This document shows positions 49,900 to 50,819 of a stretch of DNA of 50,819 nt, piece after piece. The stretch spans positions 388,909 to 439,727 of the forward strand of contig JBNGIO010006317.1 of NCBI GenBank assembly GCA_049999805.1, read 5' to 3'. A program made the translations under genes and the position numbers. A model generated the notes under the pieces. The model made no database searches. It had not been told where the DNA came from and was given only the letters and a program-made list of their open reading frames with translations. Within the stretch, counting starts at the first letter, position 1, and the number at the start of each line of letters is the position of its first letter. This DNA is from Folioceros fuciformis. Lineage: Eukaryota.

Positions 49900-50819
49900 G
49901 AAACCGGAGATGGGAAGGCCGTGCCTTTGCCAGGTAGCATTCAAGACGTGTGAACTGTTGATTGCTTGGTAGACGGAGATGCGGGCAACAACAGCCGGGC
50001 CACGAAGATGTGGAGATGCGGGCCACGAAGACACTTCTCCAGAGTGTAGCAAAGCAAAGCACGGCTGGACGTCGTGCAGCGCAGAATGATATCTTGTGGT
50101 CGTTACCGAGCCCCTGCCCTACCTGAACATGAAAGCGAACGCCACCGACATTGGTCGCTGCACTCCTCTCCACTCCGCAACAGCCAGCGGCTATCTTGCC
50201 GTGCGCATGGCGTTGGTTGCTATGCCAGGAATACGTCTGAATGCAGTAACCCTGGGGGACCGGGCACGCTCTACACCTGCGAAACTCCGTTGCATCTGGC
50301 AGTCCACATGGAGAGGCTGGAGGTTGTGGAAGAGCTCTGCGCGCAACCTAGGGTGCGGGGCAACAAGAAGAACCTGCAAAACAGCACCCCGGTCGATCTG
50401 GCATGGGAGAAGCCGGGACAAAGTGCAGCCGACGAGATCCGGGAGCTGCTCTTGAGGCATCAGGATGTCCTGTAGAGGTGTAAGTGAGAGGCCTCTTCAA
50501 GGACCGCGATCTGTTGGCCAACGCGGTCCTGGTACGCGGTGCCATGATCGCTAGCGTCGCCTTCACCGGCATCGTCCAGCCTCCCGTCGCAGTGCAAGAC
50601 GCCTCCACGAGCACATCAAGGTTGGAGCAGAGAGTGGCCAAGCTATTCCTCATACCTCACAAGTTATCCTTCACCGTTTCCATCGCCATCTGTAGCCTCT
50701 GCGATCCACATGCTCTTGCCGATTGTGCGCAATGAAGAAGAGCCGTTTACGGCGCACAAACGGAGAAGCAGGAATCCGGAGCAGAGTGCCATTCACTTGC
50801 TCCATATTCTCTATAACCT
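49900..50819 (+). pseudogene. Ankyrin-repeat plus PGG-domain (ACD6/ITN1-like) pseudogene fragment
   Basis: TPLHSATASG and TPLHLAVHMERLEVVEEL...TPVDLA lie in different frames; stop at 50475, then NAVLVRGAMIASVAFTGIVQPP (PGG-type first helix). Confidence 0.75.

Overview
Gene-dense eukaryotic nuclear DNA from a streptophyte plant. Short GT-AG introns, GC-rich genes and the gene set suggest a non-seed lineage (bryophyte, lycophyte or zygnematophyte alga; inference). Genes whose spliced frames I could follow by hand: ESCRT-III SNF7/VPS32, a plastid-type stress-responsive A/B barrel (Dabb) protein, two tandem REF/SRPP (LDAP) lipid-droplet proteins, a plastid class I glutaredoxin (WCPYC), an acidic repeat-rich hydrophilin-like protein, a conserved plant protein of unknown function, a GH38 alpha-mannosidase, a NAC transcription factor, a TRK/HKT cation transporter and GDP-mannose 4,6-dehydratase. 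Relics: an RNA polymerase I RPA49-like pseudogene, an ankyrin-PGG pseudogene, a decayed Ty3/gypsy element whose integrase ends in a PHD finger, a satellite-filled LTR-like segment spanning an assembly gap, a TIR (Mutator-like) element and several AT-rich minisatellite islands. The most notable signals are the PHD-tipped integrase and an ABRE-flanked block of LDAP genes near a protein carrying FFAT-like motifs plus amphipathic-helix repeats. I found no prokaryotic system or CRISPR array. Family calls rest on motif recognition only; no database search was run.
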